Positions 49,766-60,156 of a stretch of 64,000 bases of DNA are shown piece by piece. Each line of letters opens with the position of its first letter. Positions within the stretch are counted from its first letter, which is position 1. Below the pieces are notes generated by a model that ran no database searches, was not told the DNA's origin, and saw nothing but the letters and a program-made list of their open reading frames with translations. Source of the DNA: an uncultured Gammaproteobacteria bacterium (GTDB taxonomy: Bacteria; Patescibacteriota; Microgenomatia; Levybacterales; UBA12049); contig CAZCYO010000003.1 of assembly GCA_964503265.1 (NCBI GenBank), positions 219,575-283,574 on the forward strand, read 5' to 3'. The translations under genes were made by a program, and so were the position numbers.

Positions 49766-51082
49766 ATGTTAGATGTCAAATTTATCCGCGAAAATAAAGA
49801 ACTTGTTCAGGAAAATACGAAGAATCGTAAAGTTTCTATAAATATTGATGAACTTCTCGCAGACGACGATCTGAGAAAAGATCTTCAAGTTGAAATCGAT
49901 GTACTTCGACGTGACCTAAACTCTTCCTCAAAATCAAAACCTACCCCTGAACAAATTAAAGTGCTCCGAGAAAAAGGAAACAAAATTTCAACTCTTGAAA
50001 AAGAATTAAAAGAAATCCAAGGGAAGATCTTTGAGAAAATGAGTTGGATTCCAAACATCTCAAGTCCTGATATGCCAATTGGGAAAGGTGAAGAAGATAA
50101 TGATGAAATCGCTGTATGGACACCTGAGAATGGATACCTCGATAAATCAAAACTTGGTAAAGGTAATAGTGCTCAGTTATATATGAAAGTGAACGAAGAG
50201 GGAAAGCATCATATAGAAATTGGAGAGCATCTCGATATTATTGATAATAAGCAAAGTGCTTTGACCTCTGGTTCTCGCTTTACCTATCTTAAAGGAGACG
50301 GTGCAATCCTTGAGTTTGCTCTTTTTGATCTTCTCTCAAAAAAACTTATTCGAGATGGATTTATTCCGATGATTCCGCCGCTTATGGTAAAAGAGCAAGT
50401 GTTGTTCGGCACGAGTCATTTCCCTGAAGGACGCGAGCAAGTCTATAAAATAGATAGAAGTAATGTCGAGGAAGGATCAGAATTATTTTTAGTAGGATCT
50501 GCAGAGCCCGCACTTTTTTCGTATTATATGGATAAGATTGTTCCTGAAAAAGACTTGCCTATTAAAATGTTTGCACTTACGCCATGTTTTAGAAGTGAAG
50601 TCGGATCATGGGGGAAAGATGTTAGAGGGATTAAGCGAGTTCACCAGTTTGATAAATTAGAAATGAATGTGGTCGCACATCCTTCAGAATCAAATCAAAT
50701 ATTTGAGGAACTGCGCGGAGTAAATGAATGGTTACTGCAATCTCTTAAAATTCCTTATCGACTACTTAATAAATGTACAGGTGACTGTGGATATGCCGCG
50801 ACTCATAAACAATACGATGTTGAGGTATGGCTTCCTGCACAAAAAGAATTTATGGAGGTTATGACTGATACGAATGCAACAGATTATCAAGCTCGAAGAC
50901 TTAATATTAAGTATCGATCAGGTGAAGAGAAAGAATATGTTCATACGGTTAACGATACGGGAATTGCCATGGGGCGGATGATTATTGCAATTATTGATAA
51001 CTATCAACAACCAGATGGATCTGTTCGTATCCCCGATGTACTTCAGGAATATATGGGAAAAGAAGTGATAGTTGCGAAATAA
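49766..51082 (+). CDS. serS: Seryl-tRNA synthetase
   Basis: Class II motifs (FRSEVGSWGKDVRGIKRVHQFDKLEM). The track's start at 49730 trimmed to ATG MLDVKFIREN. Confidence 0.92.
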   Translation: MLDVKFIRENKELVQENTKNRKVSINIDELLADDDLRKDLQVEIDVLRRDLNSSSKSKPTPEQIKVLREKGNKISTLEKELKEIQGKIFEKMSWIPNISSPDMPIGKGEEDNDEIAVWTPENGYLDKSKLGKGNSAQLYMKVNEEGKHHIEIGEHLDIIDNKQSALTSGSRFTYLKGDGAILEFALFDLLSKKLIRDGFIPMIPPLMVKEQVLFGTSHFPEGREQVYKIDRSNVEEGSELFLVGSAEPALFSYYMDKIVPEKDLPIKMFALTPCFRSEVGSWGKDVRGIKRVHQFDKLEMNVVAHPSESNQIFEELRGVNEWLLQSLKIPYRLLNKCTGDCGYAATHKQYDVEVWLPAQKEFMEVMTDTNATDYQARRLNIKYRSGEEKEYVHTVNDTGIAMGRMIIAIIDNYQQPDGSVRIPDVLQEYMGKEVIVAK

Positions 51083-51214
51083 ATTGCTTCACTGTTACAT
51101 TGCTGATACCGATTGAATCGGTGCTGACCTCACTTTAATCCTCTCTTGAAGGAGATGAGACAATATCTAATTTCCCGTTTCTCTTGAAGCTATTTTGTGA
51201 TAGAATAGATCCTC

Positions 51215-53941
51215 ATGTTACCTTTTCTTTCCCGCTTTTTTGACACAAACAACCGCGAAGTAAATCGTTTATCTCCTATTGTTGAGCAGATTACGCTTGA
51301 GGAACAAAAGACCAAAAAACTTAAAGATACTGATATCGCAAAAAAAACTGCTGAATTTAAAAAACGCATTCAGGATGGTGAAAGTGTTGATGATTTACGA
51401 ATCGAAGCATTTGCTCTGGTTCGTGAAGCAGCAGTTCGAACAATTGGACTGAAACATTATGATGTACAACTTATGGCAGCAATTGCATTATCTGAAGGGA
51501 AAATCGCTGAACAAAAAACGGGAGAAGGAAAAACATTTTCAGCAATTCCAGCTCTTTACCTCCATGCACTTACTGGAAAGAATGTCCATTTAGTGACCGT
51601 AAACGATTATCTCGCTCGTCGTGATGCTGGGTGGATGGGACCAGTATTTCAGATGCTTGGTATGACTGTGGCATCAATTATTAACGAGCAGTCATTTATC
51701 TATGATCCCGAATTTGTTAGTACTGATGTGTCAGATTATCGCCTCGCGCATTTAAAACCAGTCAGTCGAAAAGAGGCGTATCAAGCAGATGTGGTCTATG
51801 GTATTAACTCAGAATTTGGATTTGACTATCTCAGAGATAACATGGCACAAAGTATTGATCAGCTAGTTCAAAGAGATTATTATTTTGCGATTGTGGATGA
51901 GGTTGATTCAGTTCTTATCGATGAGGCTCGAACACCTCATATCATTTCAGCACCTGACTCTGAACCTTCAAGTAAATATGGAGAGTATTTTCAAATTGTA
52001 GACAAGCTTAGTCCAGATGGTGACTATAAAATTGATGAGAAACTTCGAACTGCACATTTAACAGATCATGGAATTGGGAAGATCGAAAAATTATATGGTG
52101 TTACGAATATTTATGAAAAAGATTTTGATACTGTTTATCACTTAGAAGCAGCACTTAAAGCGAGAACGCTTTTCCAGCGGGAAAAAGATTATATCGTTAA
52201 AGATAATCAGGTTATTTTAGTTGATGAATTTACTGGACGACTTATGGAAGGAAGACGTTTATCTGAAGGAATTCATCAAGCTATCGAAGCCAAAGAAGGA
52301 GTGCCAATTCAGCGGGAGTCTAAAACATTAGCAACTGTTTCACTTCAAAATTATTTCCGTATGTATGAGCGACTATCTGGTATGACAGGAACTGCCGTGA
52401 CAGAAGCTGAGGAATTTCAAAAGATTTATAAATTAGACGTAGTCGTTATTCCAACTCACAATCCAATCGCAAGAGAAGATCATGTCGATGTCGTTTACAA
52501 AACAGGACGTGCAAAATATACAGCCGTAATTGACGAAGTTGAGAGAGCTCATAAAACAGGACAGCCAGTTTTGATTGGAACTACTGCGATTGATAAAAAT
52601 GAAATTGTATCTGAACTTCTTAAAAGACGAAAAATAAAACACGAAGTACTAAATGCAAAGAATCATTTACGTGAAGCCGAGATTATTGCAAAAGCTGGTG
52701 AGGTAGGCGCAGTGACAGTGGCGACGAACATGGCTGGTCGTGGAGTAGATATTATTTTAGGTGGAGAAGAGCCCAAAGCTGCAGATGGTCGACCACTTAA
52801 AGAGACAAAGGAATGGAAAGACTGGAAAAAAGCGCATGATGAAGTATTGAAGTTAGGTGGACTCTATGTCATAGGTACTGAGCGACACGAGTCACGACGT
52901 ATTGATAACCAGCTTCGAGGCCGCGCTGGAAGACAGGGTGATCCTGGATCATCTCGATTCTTTGTCGCACTTGATGATGATATTATGCGAATATTCGGTG
53001 GAGATAGGATTGCTGGTATGATGACGAGATTTAACATGCCAGAAGAGACTCCTTTGACTCACTCGCTTGTTTCAAAAGCAATTGAAAATGCCCAGGTTAA
53101 AGTGGAACGATTCCATTTCGATACACGAAAGCAGCTAGTCGAATACGATGATGTATTAAATAAACAGCGCGAAATTATATACTCTCTCAGACGTAAAGCA
53201 CTCATGTCATCTGAAGAAGAATCATTAAAGGATGAATTACAGGATAGAATTAAATCAACTATCGTTACTGCTGTAACAGTTCAACATAATGGAGGACTTC
53301 CGACCGATACAGATGTTTCTGTTGATCAAAAAATAATTGAGGAATTTGCGACGATTATTCCTTTTGATGATGCTTCAAAACATCAACTGTTACATCAACT
53401 TGAACAGCAAACAGATACTCAAGAAAAAATAGCATTCTTAACAACACTCGCTACAGATCTCTATAACAAACGAGAAGAACAACTTAGTCCAGCTCTTATG
53501 CGTCATGCAGAACGATTTGTTTTCTTAAGTGTGATTGATAATTTATGGATGAGTCATTTGGATGCAATCGATAATTTGCGCCAAGGAATTGGTCTTCGAG
53601 GATATGCGCAGAAAGATCCGCTGGTTGAGTATAAAAATGAAGGATATCGAATGTTTGAAAAATTAGTATTTGAAATTGATGACGATATCGTGCATCGGAT
53701 TTATAAAATTCATGTCGAACAAGAAGGGATTCCACATACTCACCCGGTTGAAATTATGACGAACACTCCAGAAACAGAAGTAAGTGATGATGTCATAAAA
53801 AAACAAAAAGCAAAAGCAGTAGAAGCAAAAAATAAAAAAAATGCATCAAGTAAAGTTGGCAGAAATGATCCATGCCCTTGTGGGTCCGGATTGAAATATA
53901 AAAAATGCGGCATGATTAATGCTCCTCAACATAAAGCATAA
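51215..53941 (+). CDS. secA: Preprotein translocase ATPase SecA
   Basis: DEAD-like motor motifs; C-terminal zinc finger CPCGSGLKYKKCG. Confidence 0.96.
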   Translation: MLPFLSRFFDTNNREVNRLSPIVEQITLEEQKTKKLKDTDIAKKTAEFKKRIQDGESVDDLRIEAFALVREAAVRTIGLKHYDVQLMAAIALSEGKIAEQKTGEGKTFSAIPALYLHALTGKNVHLVTVNDYLARRDAGWMGPVFQMLGMTVASIINEQSFIYDPEFVSTDVSDYRLAHLKPVSRKEAYQADVVYGINSEFGFDYLRDNMAQSIDQLVQRDYYFAIVDEVDSVLIDEARTPHIISAPDSEPSSKYGEYFQIVDKLSPDGDYKIDEKLRTAHLTDHGIGKIEKLYGVTNIYEKDFDTVYHLEAALKARTLFQREKDYIVKDNQVILVDEFTGRLMEGRRLSEGIHQAIEAKEGVPIQRESKTLATVSLQNYFRMYERLSGMTGTAVTEAEEFQKIYKLDVVVIPTHNPIAREDHVDVVYKTGRAKYTAVIDEVERAHKTGQPVLIGTTAIDKNEIVSELLKRRKIKHEVLNAKNHLREAEIIAKAGEVGAVTVATNMAGRGVDIILGGEEPKAADGRPLKETKEWKDWKKAHDEVLKLGGLYVIGTERHESRRIDNQLRGRAGRQGDPGSSRFFVALDDDIMRIFGGDRIAGMMTRFNMPEETPLTHSLVSKAIENAQVKVERFHFDTRKQLVEYDDVLNKQREIIYSLRRKALMSSEEESLKDELQDRIKSTIVTAVTVQHNGGLPTDTDVSVDQKIIEEFATIIPFDDASKHQLLHQLEQQTDTQEKIAFLTTLATDLYNKREEQLSPALMRHAERFVFLSVIDNLWMSHLDAIDNLRQGIGLRGYAQKDPLVEYKNEGYRMFEKLVFEIDDDIVHRIYKIHVEQEGIPHTHPVEIMTNTPETEVSDDVIKKQKAKAVEAKNKKNASSKVGRNDPCPCGSGLKYKKCGMINAPQHKA

Positions 53942-54005
53942 TTATTGGTTTCTTCAAGTAAAAGAGGTTCTCAAATTAAGATAACGATGTGATACAATCG
54001 AGCTG

Positions 54006-54662
54006 ATGAAAATGCAAAAAGTAGATTTTCTTATCGCTCTTTACATATTTAGCATTTGTGCTTCAGAGCTCATGGGTGGAAAAACATTTTCTCTTATGAC
54101 GATTGGCACCTATCACCTTAATGCAAGTGTCGCGGTGTTACTTCTTCCAATTGTTTTTACGATAAACGATATCTTTACAGAAGTATATGGTGCAGAAAGA
54201 GCGAGAAGTGTCGTGAGATCAGGATTAGTTGTCGTTGGATTAATACTCATATTCTCAGTTATTGCTACTCTACTTCCACCTTCTACTCGGTTTCTTCCAA
54301 CAGAAAAAGCGTATGATATGATTTTCGGAACATCTGCTCGAATCGCATTTGCAAGCCTTATTGCATTTACTATCGCTGAATTTACTGACGTATTTATCTT
54401 CACGAAACTTAAAGAATTGTTAGGGAAAAAATCGTTATGGATAAGAAATAATGTGTCAAATATTATTTCTCAACTTCTGGACACAACTATTTTTATGTTA
54501 TTAGCTTTTTATGCATTTGATCATTCTTTGATGAGTAATTTTTCATTTTTATCTAGTATTATTCTCCCATACTGGTTACTGAAGTGTTTCATGTCAGTTA
54601 TTGAAACACCGTTTGTTTACTTAGGGGTACATTGGTTAAAGGAAAAATCACAAAAAAATTAA
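54006..54662 (+). CDS. YhhQ/DUF165-family membrane transporter (queuosine-precursor transporter-like)
   Basis: Collinear with YhhQ (LPIVFTINDIFTEVYG, conserved basic loop); about 6 TM helices. Confidence 0.6.
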   Translation: MKMQKVDFLIALYIFSICASELMGGKTFSLMTIGTYHLNASVAVLLLPIVFTINDIFTEVYGAERARSVVRSGLVVVGLILIFSVIATLLPPSTRFLPTEKAYDMIFGTSARIAFASLIAFTIAEFTDVFIFTKLKELLGKKSLWIRNNVSNIISQLLDTTIFMLLAFYAFDHSLMSNFSFLSSIILPYWLLKCFMSVIETPFVYLGVHWLKEKSQKN

Positions 54663-54701
54663 TTATTTCGTTGCACTATGGTTTGATCGTTCGTTATTAG
54701 T

Positions 54702-55424
54702 ATGCTATTTGATAATCTTTTGTTCCCTTTATGTAATAACAGACCATTTTTTTTCACGAGTTATGTGTCGACGATTGACGGGAAAATTTTTGTCAAAAAA
54801 CCAGGATATTGGCCGATAGGAAGTAGTAATGATTTTGATTTTTTTACCTTTCTTAGAGCACATGCCGATGTTATTATCGAAGGGAAAAATACTGCATTAG
54901 CATTTGGTGATAAAACGATTAATACAATTCACTCAGAAAAATTCCTCACTCATCGTAAAAAAATAGGAAAAGAAATACCAGTAGAATACATGGTACTTTC
55001 TCGAGAGCCTGATGAAACACTTGCAACTATACTCACTAATAAATATGGATATAAATCAACTGTTGTTACAGCTAAAGATTCTTTAGTCTCTGAAAAAATA
55101 AATAAGGTTGCTAGTGTCCAACGACTTCCTATAACTAAAGAGCAAAACCTTATCCCATCATTTATTTCGTATCTTACAGAGAAAAAATATAAAAATGTAT
55201 TTCTTGATGTCGGACCGTTACTTCTTACTGAGTTTATTAAAGCATCTGCGTTAGATGAATTATTTATTACACATGCTCCTAAATTATTTGGAAGTAGTAG
55301 TGACACAGTTTCACTAGGTGATAGTGAATTATTTTCTCCAGATTCTGTCCCTATTTTTTCACTGATATCAAGCGAAAAAGTAGACGATGAGGTATTTCTG
55401 CGCTATAAACTGAGAGTTGAATAA
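54702..55424 (+). CDS. RibD C-terminal domain / DHFR-like reductase family protein
   Basis: STIDGKIF N-terminus and VGPLLLTEFIKASALDELFITHAPKLFG. Confidence 0.6.
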   Translation: MLFDNLLFPLCNNRPFFFTSYVSTIDGKIFVKKPGYWPIGSSNDFDFFTFLRAHADVIIEGKNTALAFGDKTINTIHSEKFLTHRKKIGKEIPVEYMVLSREPDETLATILTNKYGYKSTVVTAKDSLVSEKINKVASVQRLPITKEQNLIPSFISYLTEKKYKNVFLDVGPLLLTEFIKASALDELFITHAPKLFGSSSDTVSLGDSELFSPDSVPIFSLISSEKVDDEVFLRYKLRVE

Positions 55425-55426
55425 TC

Positions 55427-56704
55427 ATGAAAGAAAAAAGAGGGCTAGAACTTACTCGCAAAGAATTATTTTTTGCGGCGGGTGCTGGTATTCTTTTAAC
55501 TGGCTTGGGGCCATGTGAAGAATCATTTCCTCAACCACACGAACAGTATCGGGATCTCGCAGATCATCTCCCAAGACAACATTTAATTTCACCTCTTTCA
55601 CCTGATCAGTTTATTAGGCCACAAAGAACAGGTAAGGCAATAGATTTTATTCGGTCTCATCATCTGCCAAGTGGTGCTTTTCTAACAGATTTCACAAAGC
55701 GAGATATAGTGCCTATGGATCTCGCACATGCAGCACTTGGGCTACTAGTAACAGAACAAGTTGAAGAGGCAAAAGATGGTATAAATTGGGCTCTTTCTAA
55801 ATTGACACCCAATGGAGATCCGCTGCAGAAAATAATAATAAATGAAGAAGAACAAACAGTAGACTATTCAGGAAGTTGGTGGAACGAATATGATGAACAT
55901 GGAGCGAGAAGACCTAAATCAGCACGAGGAAGAGCAGAGCAAAATGGATTAGTTTTTATGACAGTTAATGCTCTTTGCCAAAGTGATCCACGTTATCTCA
56001 CTTCTCAAGTAGATGGAAAACAAGTGGCTGATCATATATGGAATATGGTTGGATATTTAGACCGGATGCAGCAGCCAGATGGCAGATTTATTCATCGCCC
56101 AACTTTCCCTTTATCATTTCCTGAAGAAAATGTTCGTATGGCTGAAGGATTAAAGTTAATGTCTGATAGATTCTTTGAAATTGGTGAGCGAGAAAAATCG
56201 TATCAGGCATCAGAAATGTCTATTAAAGCATTTCAAGCTCTTAAAAGAGGAGATGGTTTTTCAATTGGTATGTCATATGACCGTTTAAAGTATGGGATGT
56301 GGGGGATTGGTGGGAGAGAAGTGGCAGAGCAGGATATTTTTGATTCATTAAAACATGGGAACATGAATCAGACTGGAGTTAAAATGTATGATATGAAGCA
56401 GGACGTTATCAGTTATTTTGACCGTGATAAATGGCGTCAGAAATGGTCTGGTGAGATTTACGAAACAGCAGGAACTATTGAGGGAGCAATCGCATTACTG
56501 ATGGCAGGCTGGATTCCAGAAGCAGAAAAATACGAAGAGGCAATAAGCGCACTACAAAAGCCAAGTGGTGGTTTCCCTACTGCTTTTTGGGGACCTTTTA
56601 GTGGAGGCGCTGAAACGATATATGCTGCTGGAAGATATCTTCTTCTCGAGCGAGAAATGACTGAAGTGAGATTATTAAAAAAACAGTTTGGTATTGCAAC
56701 ATAA
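55427..56704 (+). CDS. Hypothetical protein with prenyltransferase/terpene-cyclase-like alpha/alpha-toroid repeats
   Basis: Repeat signatures QQPDGRF and QKPSGGF; N-terminal hydrophobic segment. Confidence 0.5.
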   Translation: MKEKRGLELTRKELFFAAGAGILLTGLGPCEESFPQPHEQYRDLADHLPRQHLISPLSPDQFIRPQRTGKAIDFIRSHHLPSGAFLTDFTKRDIVPMDLAHAALGLLVTEQVEEAKDGINWALSKLTPNGDPLQKIIINEEEQTVDYSGSWWNEYDEHGARRPKSARGRAEQNGLVFMTVNALCQSDPRYLTSQVDGKQVADHIWNMVGYLDRMQQPDGRFIHRPTFPLSFPEENVRMAEGLKLMSDRFFEIGEREKSYQASEMSIKAFQALKRGDGFSIGMSYDRLKYGMWGIGGREVAEQDIFDSLKHGNMNQTGVKMYDMKQDVISYFDRDKWRQKWSGEIYETAGTIEGAIALLMAGWIPEAEKYEEAISALQKPSGGFPTAFWGPFSGGAETIYAAGRYLLLEREMTEVRLLKKQFGIAT

Positions 56705-56765
56705 GGCCCCTTGACAGAAAAATTGGAGGGAAGTAATGTAGAGTTAGAGAGGGGAGGTGAATTAT

Positions 56766-57176
56766 ATGATGTTTATACAGCCAAATATTAGTCTTTTAGC
56801 AGTACTTGTTGGAGCTCTGATCGTTATGATCGTTGGATCACTATGGTATTCTCCAAGTGTATTTTTTAAGATGTGGGTTAAAGAAATTGGCAAGAAGCTC
56901 GAGGATGTAAAGCCAAACCCTATGGTTTTTCTCTATATGTTCTTAGGTGCTCTCGTACAGTCTTATGTACTTGCAACTATTGTTCGTGCATTTGGCGCTA
57001 ATTCTATCGTTCAGGGTGTAATGATTGGAGTTATGGTATGGTTCGGTCTTATCGCTACTACGATGATTGGTAATTATATGTTTGCTGGTCGATCTTGGAA
57101 GTTATATCTGATCGATGCTGGCTATTATCTCGTAACATTTGTTCTTATGGCTACTGTTCACTCGGTGTGGATGTAG
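56766..57176 (+). CDS. DUF1761-like small membrane protein
   Basis: SD GGAGGTG 7 nt upstream of ATG (the track's GTG start at 56757); 4 TM helices. Confidence 0.6.
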   Translation: MMFIQPNISLLAVLVGALIVMIVGSLWYSPSVFFKMWVKEIGKKLEDVKPNPMVFLYMFLGALVQSYVLATIVRAFGANSIVQGVMIGVMVWFGLIATTMIGNYMFAGRSWKLYLIDAGYYLVTFVLMATVHSVWM

Positions 57177-57192
57177 TGCATTCTATAGTCAA

Positions 57193-57221
57193 AAGAGGCG
57201 TACTAACTACGCCTCTTTTAC
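57193..57221 (+). terminator. Intrinsic terminator
   Basis: 10-bp stem AAGAGGCGTA / TACGCCTCTT with loop CTAAC, then TTTACAATTT. Confidence 0.6.
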
Positions 57222-57584
57222 AATTTAAAAATACCTCTTGCAATAACCTATAATAATCGATATAATTCATATCCAGGTATGTGCAATTTCAGTTTTTCTG
57301 AGATTAGTATACTTATAGTATGACAGATTTTCTGATCAGACTATGCACATTAAAAAGGTATACAGTCAGCCTGGAGTACTTTTTCTTCAGGTGAAAATAG
57401 AAATAGATTTCTCACCGACTCATATTTTCGCGAATATTCTGTTCATGATATGTGCTCCGCACTGTTGCGTTGAGTACTGAATGGACTAGCGATATCCCGC
57501 CAACCCGCCGTAATTTGACCGAGCCAGGCTGAGGAGCCCCCGGCTCACAAGTTGGGCGCAAGCCCAGAATACAGGAGGATACCA

Positions 57585-58076
57585 ATGCAGCGGATGCGTA
57601 ATTTTCGTCCCCGCGTTCGTAGTCTTGATATGGCGTGGTGGGTTCCTGGGGTGATTCTTGGGTGGGTACTCGATGAACTGGTCGGATTCGGCTACATCTT
57701 CCTACGTGATCAGTTCGCGAATCCCGCCTCTGGACAAAGCTTTGTTGTCCAGGGAACTCTTGTTGCAGCAATGACGATAGGGGTCGTTACCCCTATTTTC
57801 TTCGTGTTTATCGGCATCAACTATGGGTTGAGCGCCCTCAATCTTGGTTGGTGGATCCCAGGAGTTCTCTTTGGAGTCGTATTCAACGAAGGCGTGGGGT
57901 GGCTTAGCAATGCCGTCAACGCCTGGATGATGGATCCTGGTCGGGGTTCCTTCGAAAAAGGAATCGTTTCCCAAGGATCTTACATCCTGATTTTCGGCAT
58001 CGGCGCGTTGGTTGTGGGCATCTTCGCCTACTTCTGGCATTCCAATAGCGCGTCGGCGGTCGAAACAGGAGACTAA
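57585..58076 (+). CDS. High-GC hypothetical membrane protein with internal duplication
   Basis: AGGAGG 8 nt before ATG 57585; about 55% GC. Repeats WWVPGVILGWVLDELVGFGY and GWWIPGVLFGVVFNEGVGWL; 4 TM helices. Confidence 0.55.
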   Translation: MQRMRNFRPRVRSLDMAWWVPGVILGWVLDELVGFGYIFLRDQFANPASGQSFVVQGTLVAAMTIGVVTPIFFVFIGINYGLSALNLGWWIPGVLFGVVFNEGVGWLSNAVNAWMMDPGRGSFEKGIVSQGSYILIFGIGALVVGIFAYFWHSNSASAVETGD

Positions 58077-58087
58077 CTGATGCTGAG

Positions 58088-58130
58088 GGCGCGGCAATGG
58101 TGCCGCGCCCATATTTATTTCTATTTTTTC
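58088..58130 (+). terminator. GC-rich intrinsic terminator after the high-GC membrane ORF
   Basis: GGGCGCGGCA-ATGG-TGCCGCGCCC followed by ATATTTATTTCTATTTTTT. Confidence 0.75.
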
Positions 58131-58244
58131 AAAGACATTTTCTCTTCGTTTTGCGTATCTGATCATTTGCGATCTGTATATCTAACGTGTAGACATCTGT
58201 ATTCAATCCCAACTGACTGTATACCTTCATTTGAAAATACTATT

Positions 58245-59006
58245 ATGGCAACACAAGAAAACATACGCAGATCTGATCCACTCGGCACATTAACTCGTCG
58301 AGCCTTCATTGGTGGATTAGCAGGCGCAGGCTTATACGCTGCTGCTCCAGAACCGGTTAGAGGACAACTACTTAATGCAGTTAGAGCTGGGCTTCATGAA
58401 TGGAATACCTATGATCCGAACAGATCTTCTGTAGTTGTAACACCTAGGACAGCAGCTTCTGGTACTGAAGTGCCACGTGCCCCGATTTATGCTCTCACAC
58501 CGGAATCAAGACCAATTAGCTTATTAAGTGATGAAGAATTATTACCTGGCGAATTACCTGTCGAAGGAAATCATTTTTTAACCCCTGAGAAAATAAAAGA
58601 AATTCTTGCGAGAAACGGTTCACCAGCTGTTAATACTGCAAAGACTTTTTATGATCTTGGTAAAAAATTTAATATAGGTGCTGCTATTCCACTTGCGTTT
58701 TTTTACCAAGAAAGTGAAATGGGACTTAAAGGCGTTGCGCGGTTCACCAAATCTATCGGTAATATTCGTTATACAGGAGATCCATTTAAGGATGTAGAAG
58801 GATATAATGGATACTCTTCTTATGAAGAAGGAATTTATGATTGGTTTGATCTAATACGGAATTATTATATAAATAAAAGAAAATTGGATACAGTCGAAAA
58901 AATAGTTCCAGTTTATGCACCAAGAGTAGATAATAATGACGAAGAAGCATATATTGAGACGGTCCGTTGGTGTTGGCTTAAATGGTATCGCGAGGTTAAT
59001 ACTTAA
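58245..59006 (+). CDS. Tat-signal secreted glucosaminidase-like (GH73/FlgJ-like) protein
   Basis: Twin-arginine motif TLTRRAFIGGLAGAGLYAAA; FFYQESEMG resembles the GH73 catalytic region. The track's N-terminal extension (58080) overlaps the terminator and was rejected. Confidence 0.55.
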   Translation: MATQENIRRSDPLGTLTRRAFIGGLAGAGLYAAAPEPVRGQLLNAVRAGLHEWNTYDPNRSSVVVTPRTAASGTEVPRAPIYALTPESRPISLLSDEELLPGELPVEGNHFLTPEKIKEILARNGSPAVNTAKTFYDLGKKFNIGAAIPLAFFYQESEMGLKGVARFTKSIGNIRYTGDPFKDVEGYNGYSSYEEGIYDWFDLIRNYYINKRKLDTVEKIVPVYAPRVDNNDEEAYIETVRWCWLKWYREVNT

Positions 59007-59072
59007 TATATTCTTACGAATAGAATCGCATGAGGTATATTTCAAATTCTATTTATAATTAGTTCTACTATT

Positions 59073-59450
59073 TTAGATGCGCCTGCTCCTTTGTCTCTGT
59101 GGATTTAATGAATAATTAGTAAGGGGTCGACTAGGATTTCTCATAGGAATATTTTTCGCTAGAAATACTACGGTATCTACTACACGCTTCGCATCATATC
59201 CTACTTTTGCTATTGAGGTGTCAAATACATCGTTAGCCTGTTGAATCGTTAAGCCACAAGATTTTCCAAATTTACCCCACACATATTGCTGTTTATATGC
59301 GATAGCAAATCTTTTTACACGATTATAATCATCAATAACGTGTTCACGAAGACCGATGTCATAAGCAGGATCGTCACGCATACTAATCCCTCGAGCAATT
59401 GATTCATTTCGAGAAATATGAGCACTACTTCTTGCAATGTTTTCTATCAT
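59073..59450 (-). CDS. Hypothetical protein
   Basis: 125-aa ORF convergent with the GH73-like gene; basic C-terminus. Confidence 0.4.
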   Translation of the reverse strand: MIENIARSSAHISRNESIARGISMRDDPAYDIGLREHVIDDYNRVKRFAIAYKQQYVWGKFGKSCGLTIQQANDVFDTSIAKVGYDAKRVVDTVVFLAKNIPMRNPSRPLTNYSLNPQRQRSRRI

Positions 59451-59484
59451 GAATTAGTATCCATCTATAGATATAGCAGAAGTT

Positions 59485-60108
59485 ATGGAAAATACAACTA
59501 CACCTGAGGAGATAGCGAAGTATTTATCAGAGAAAGATCCTGTTCTTGGTAAAATAATTTCGCAAGTTGGACCACTTGAGACACGAAAAAGCACTGATTA
59601 TTTTATTAGTCTTACAGAATCGATTGTATCGCAACAATTGTCTGTTAAAGTAGCAGATGTTATCTACACAAGATTTGTAAAACTGTTTCCTGATGAAAAA
59701 GTTACCCCTGAGAAAGTACTTGAAATAGATGCTGATGTCATGCGACAGGTGGGAATGTCATATGGAAAGATCAGCTATGTAAAGTCTCTTGCACAACACG
59801 TTATCGATAGTCCATTGATGTTTGAAACATTTGATTCGATGAGCGAAGAAGAAATTATTACAGAGCTCACTCACGTAAAAGGAATTGGAACATGGACAGC
59901 GGAAATGTTTCTGATGTTCACAATGGGAAAGCCTGACATTTTTTCATACGGAGACCTGGGGCTTAAAAACGCACTTAAAAAACTCTATGGAATTGAAGAG
60001 GTAACTGAAGAAAAAGCAAAAGAAATTACTGATATATGGAAACCCTTTAGATCATATGGATCTCGGTATTTGTGGAGAAGGCTCGATCAAAAATTGGTCA
60101 TGGAATAA
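59485..60108 (+). CDS. HhH-GPD DNA glycosylase (AlkA-like 3-methyladenine glycosylase II)
   Basis: VKGIGTWTAEMFLMFTMGKPDIFSYGDLGL. Confidence 0.8.
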   Translation: MENTTTPEEIAKYLSEKDPVLGKIISQVGPLETRKSTDYFISLTESIVSQQLSVKVADVIYTRFVKLFPDEKVTPEKVLEIDADVMRQVGMSYGKISYVKSLAQHVIDSPLMFETFDSMSEEEIITELTHVKGIGTWTAEMFLMFTMGKPDIFSYGDLGLKNALKKLYGIEEVTEEKAKEITDIWKPFRSYGSRYLWRRLDQKLVME

Positions 60109-60156
60109 TAATTGAGGTCATTTGCAATCTATCTTTATAGTTATTACACTAGCACT

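Noticed and set aside
57412-58166. Minus-strand ORFs 57412..57771 and 57702..58166 across high-GC cassette 2
   Set aside because: Shadow ORFs antisense to the SD-bearing plus gene and spanning its terminator.
58080-58244. Track start of ORF 58080..59006 (MLRARQWCRAHIYFYFF...)
   Set aside because: That extension covers the GC-rich terminator hairpin and a T-tract. The Tat signal peptide begins at ATG 58245, which is the plausible start.
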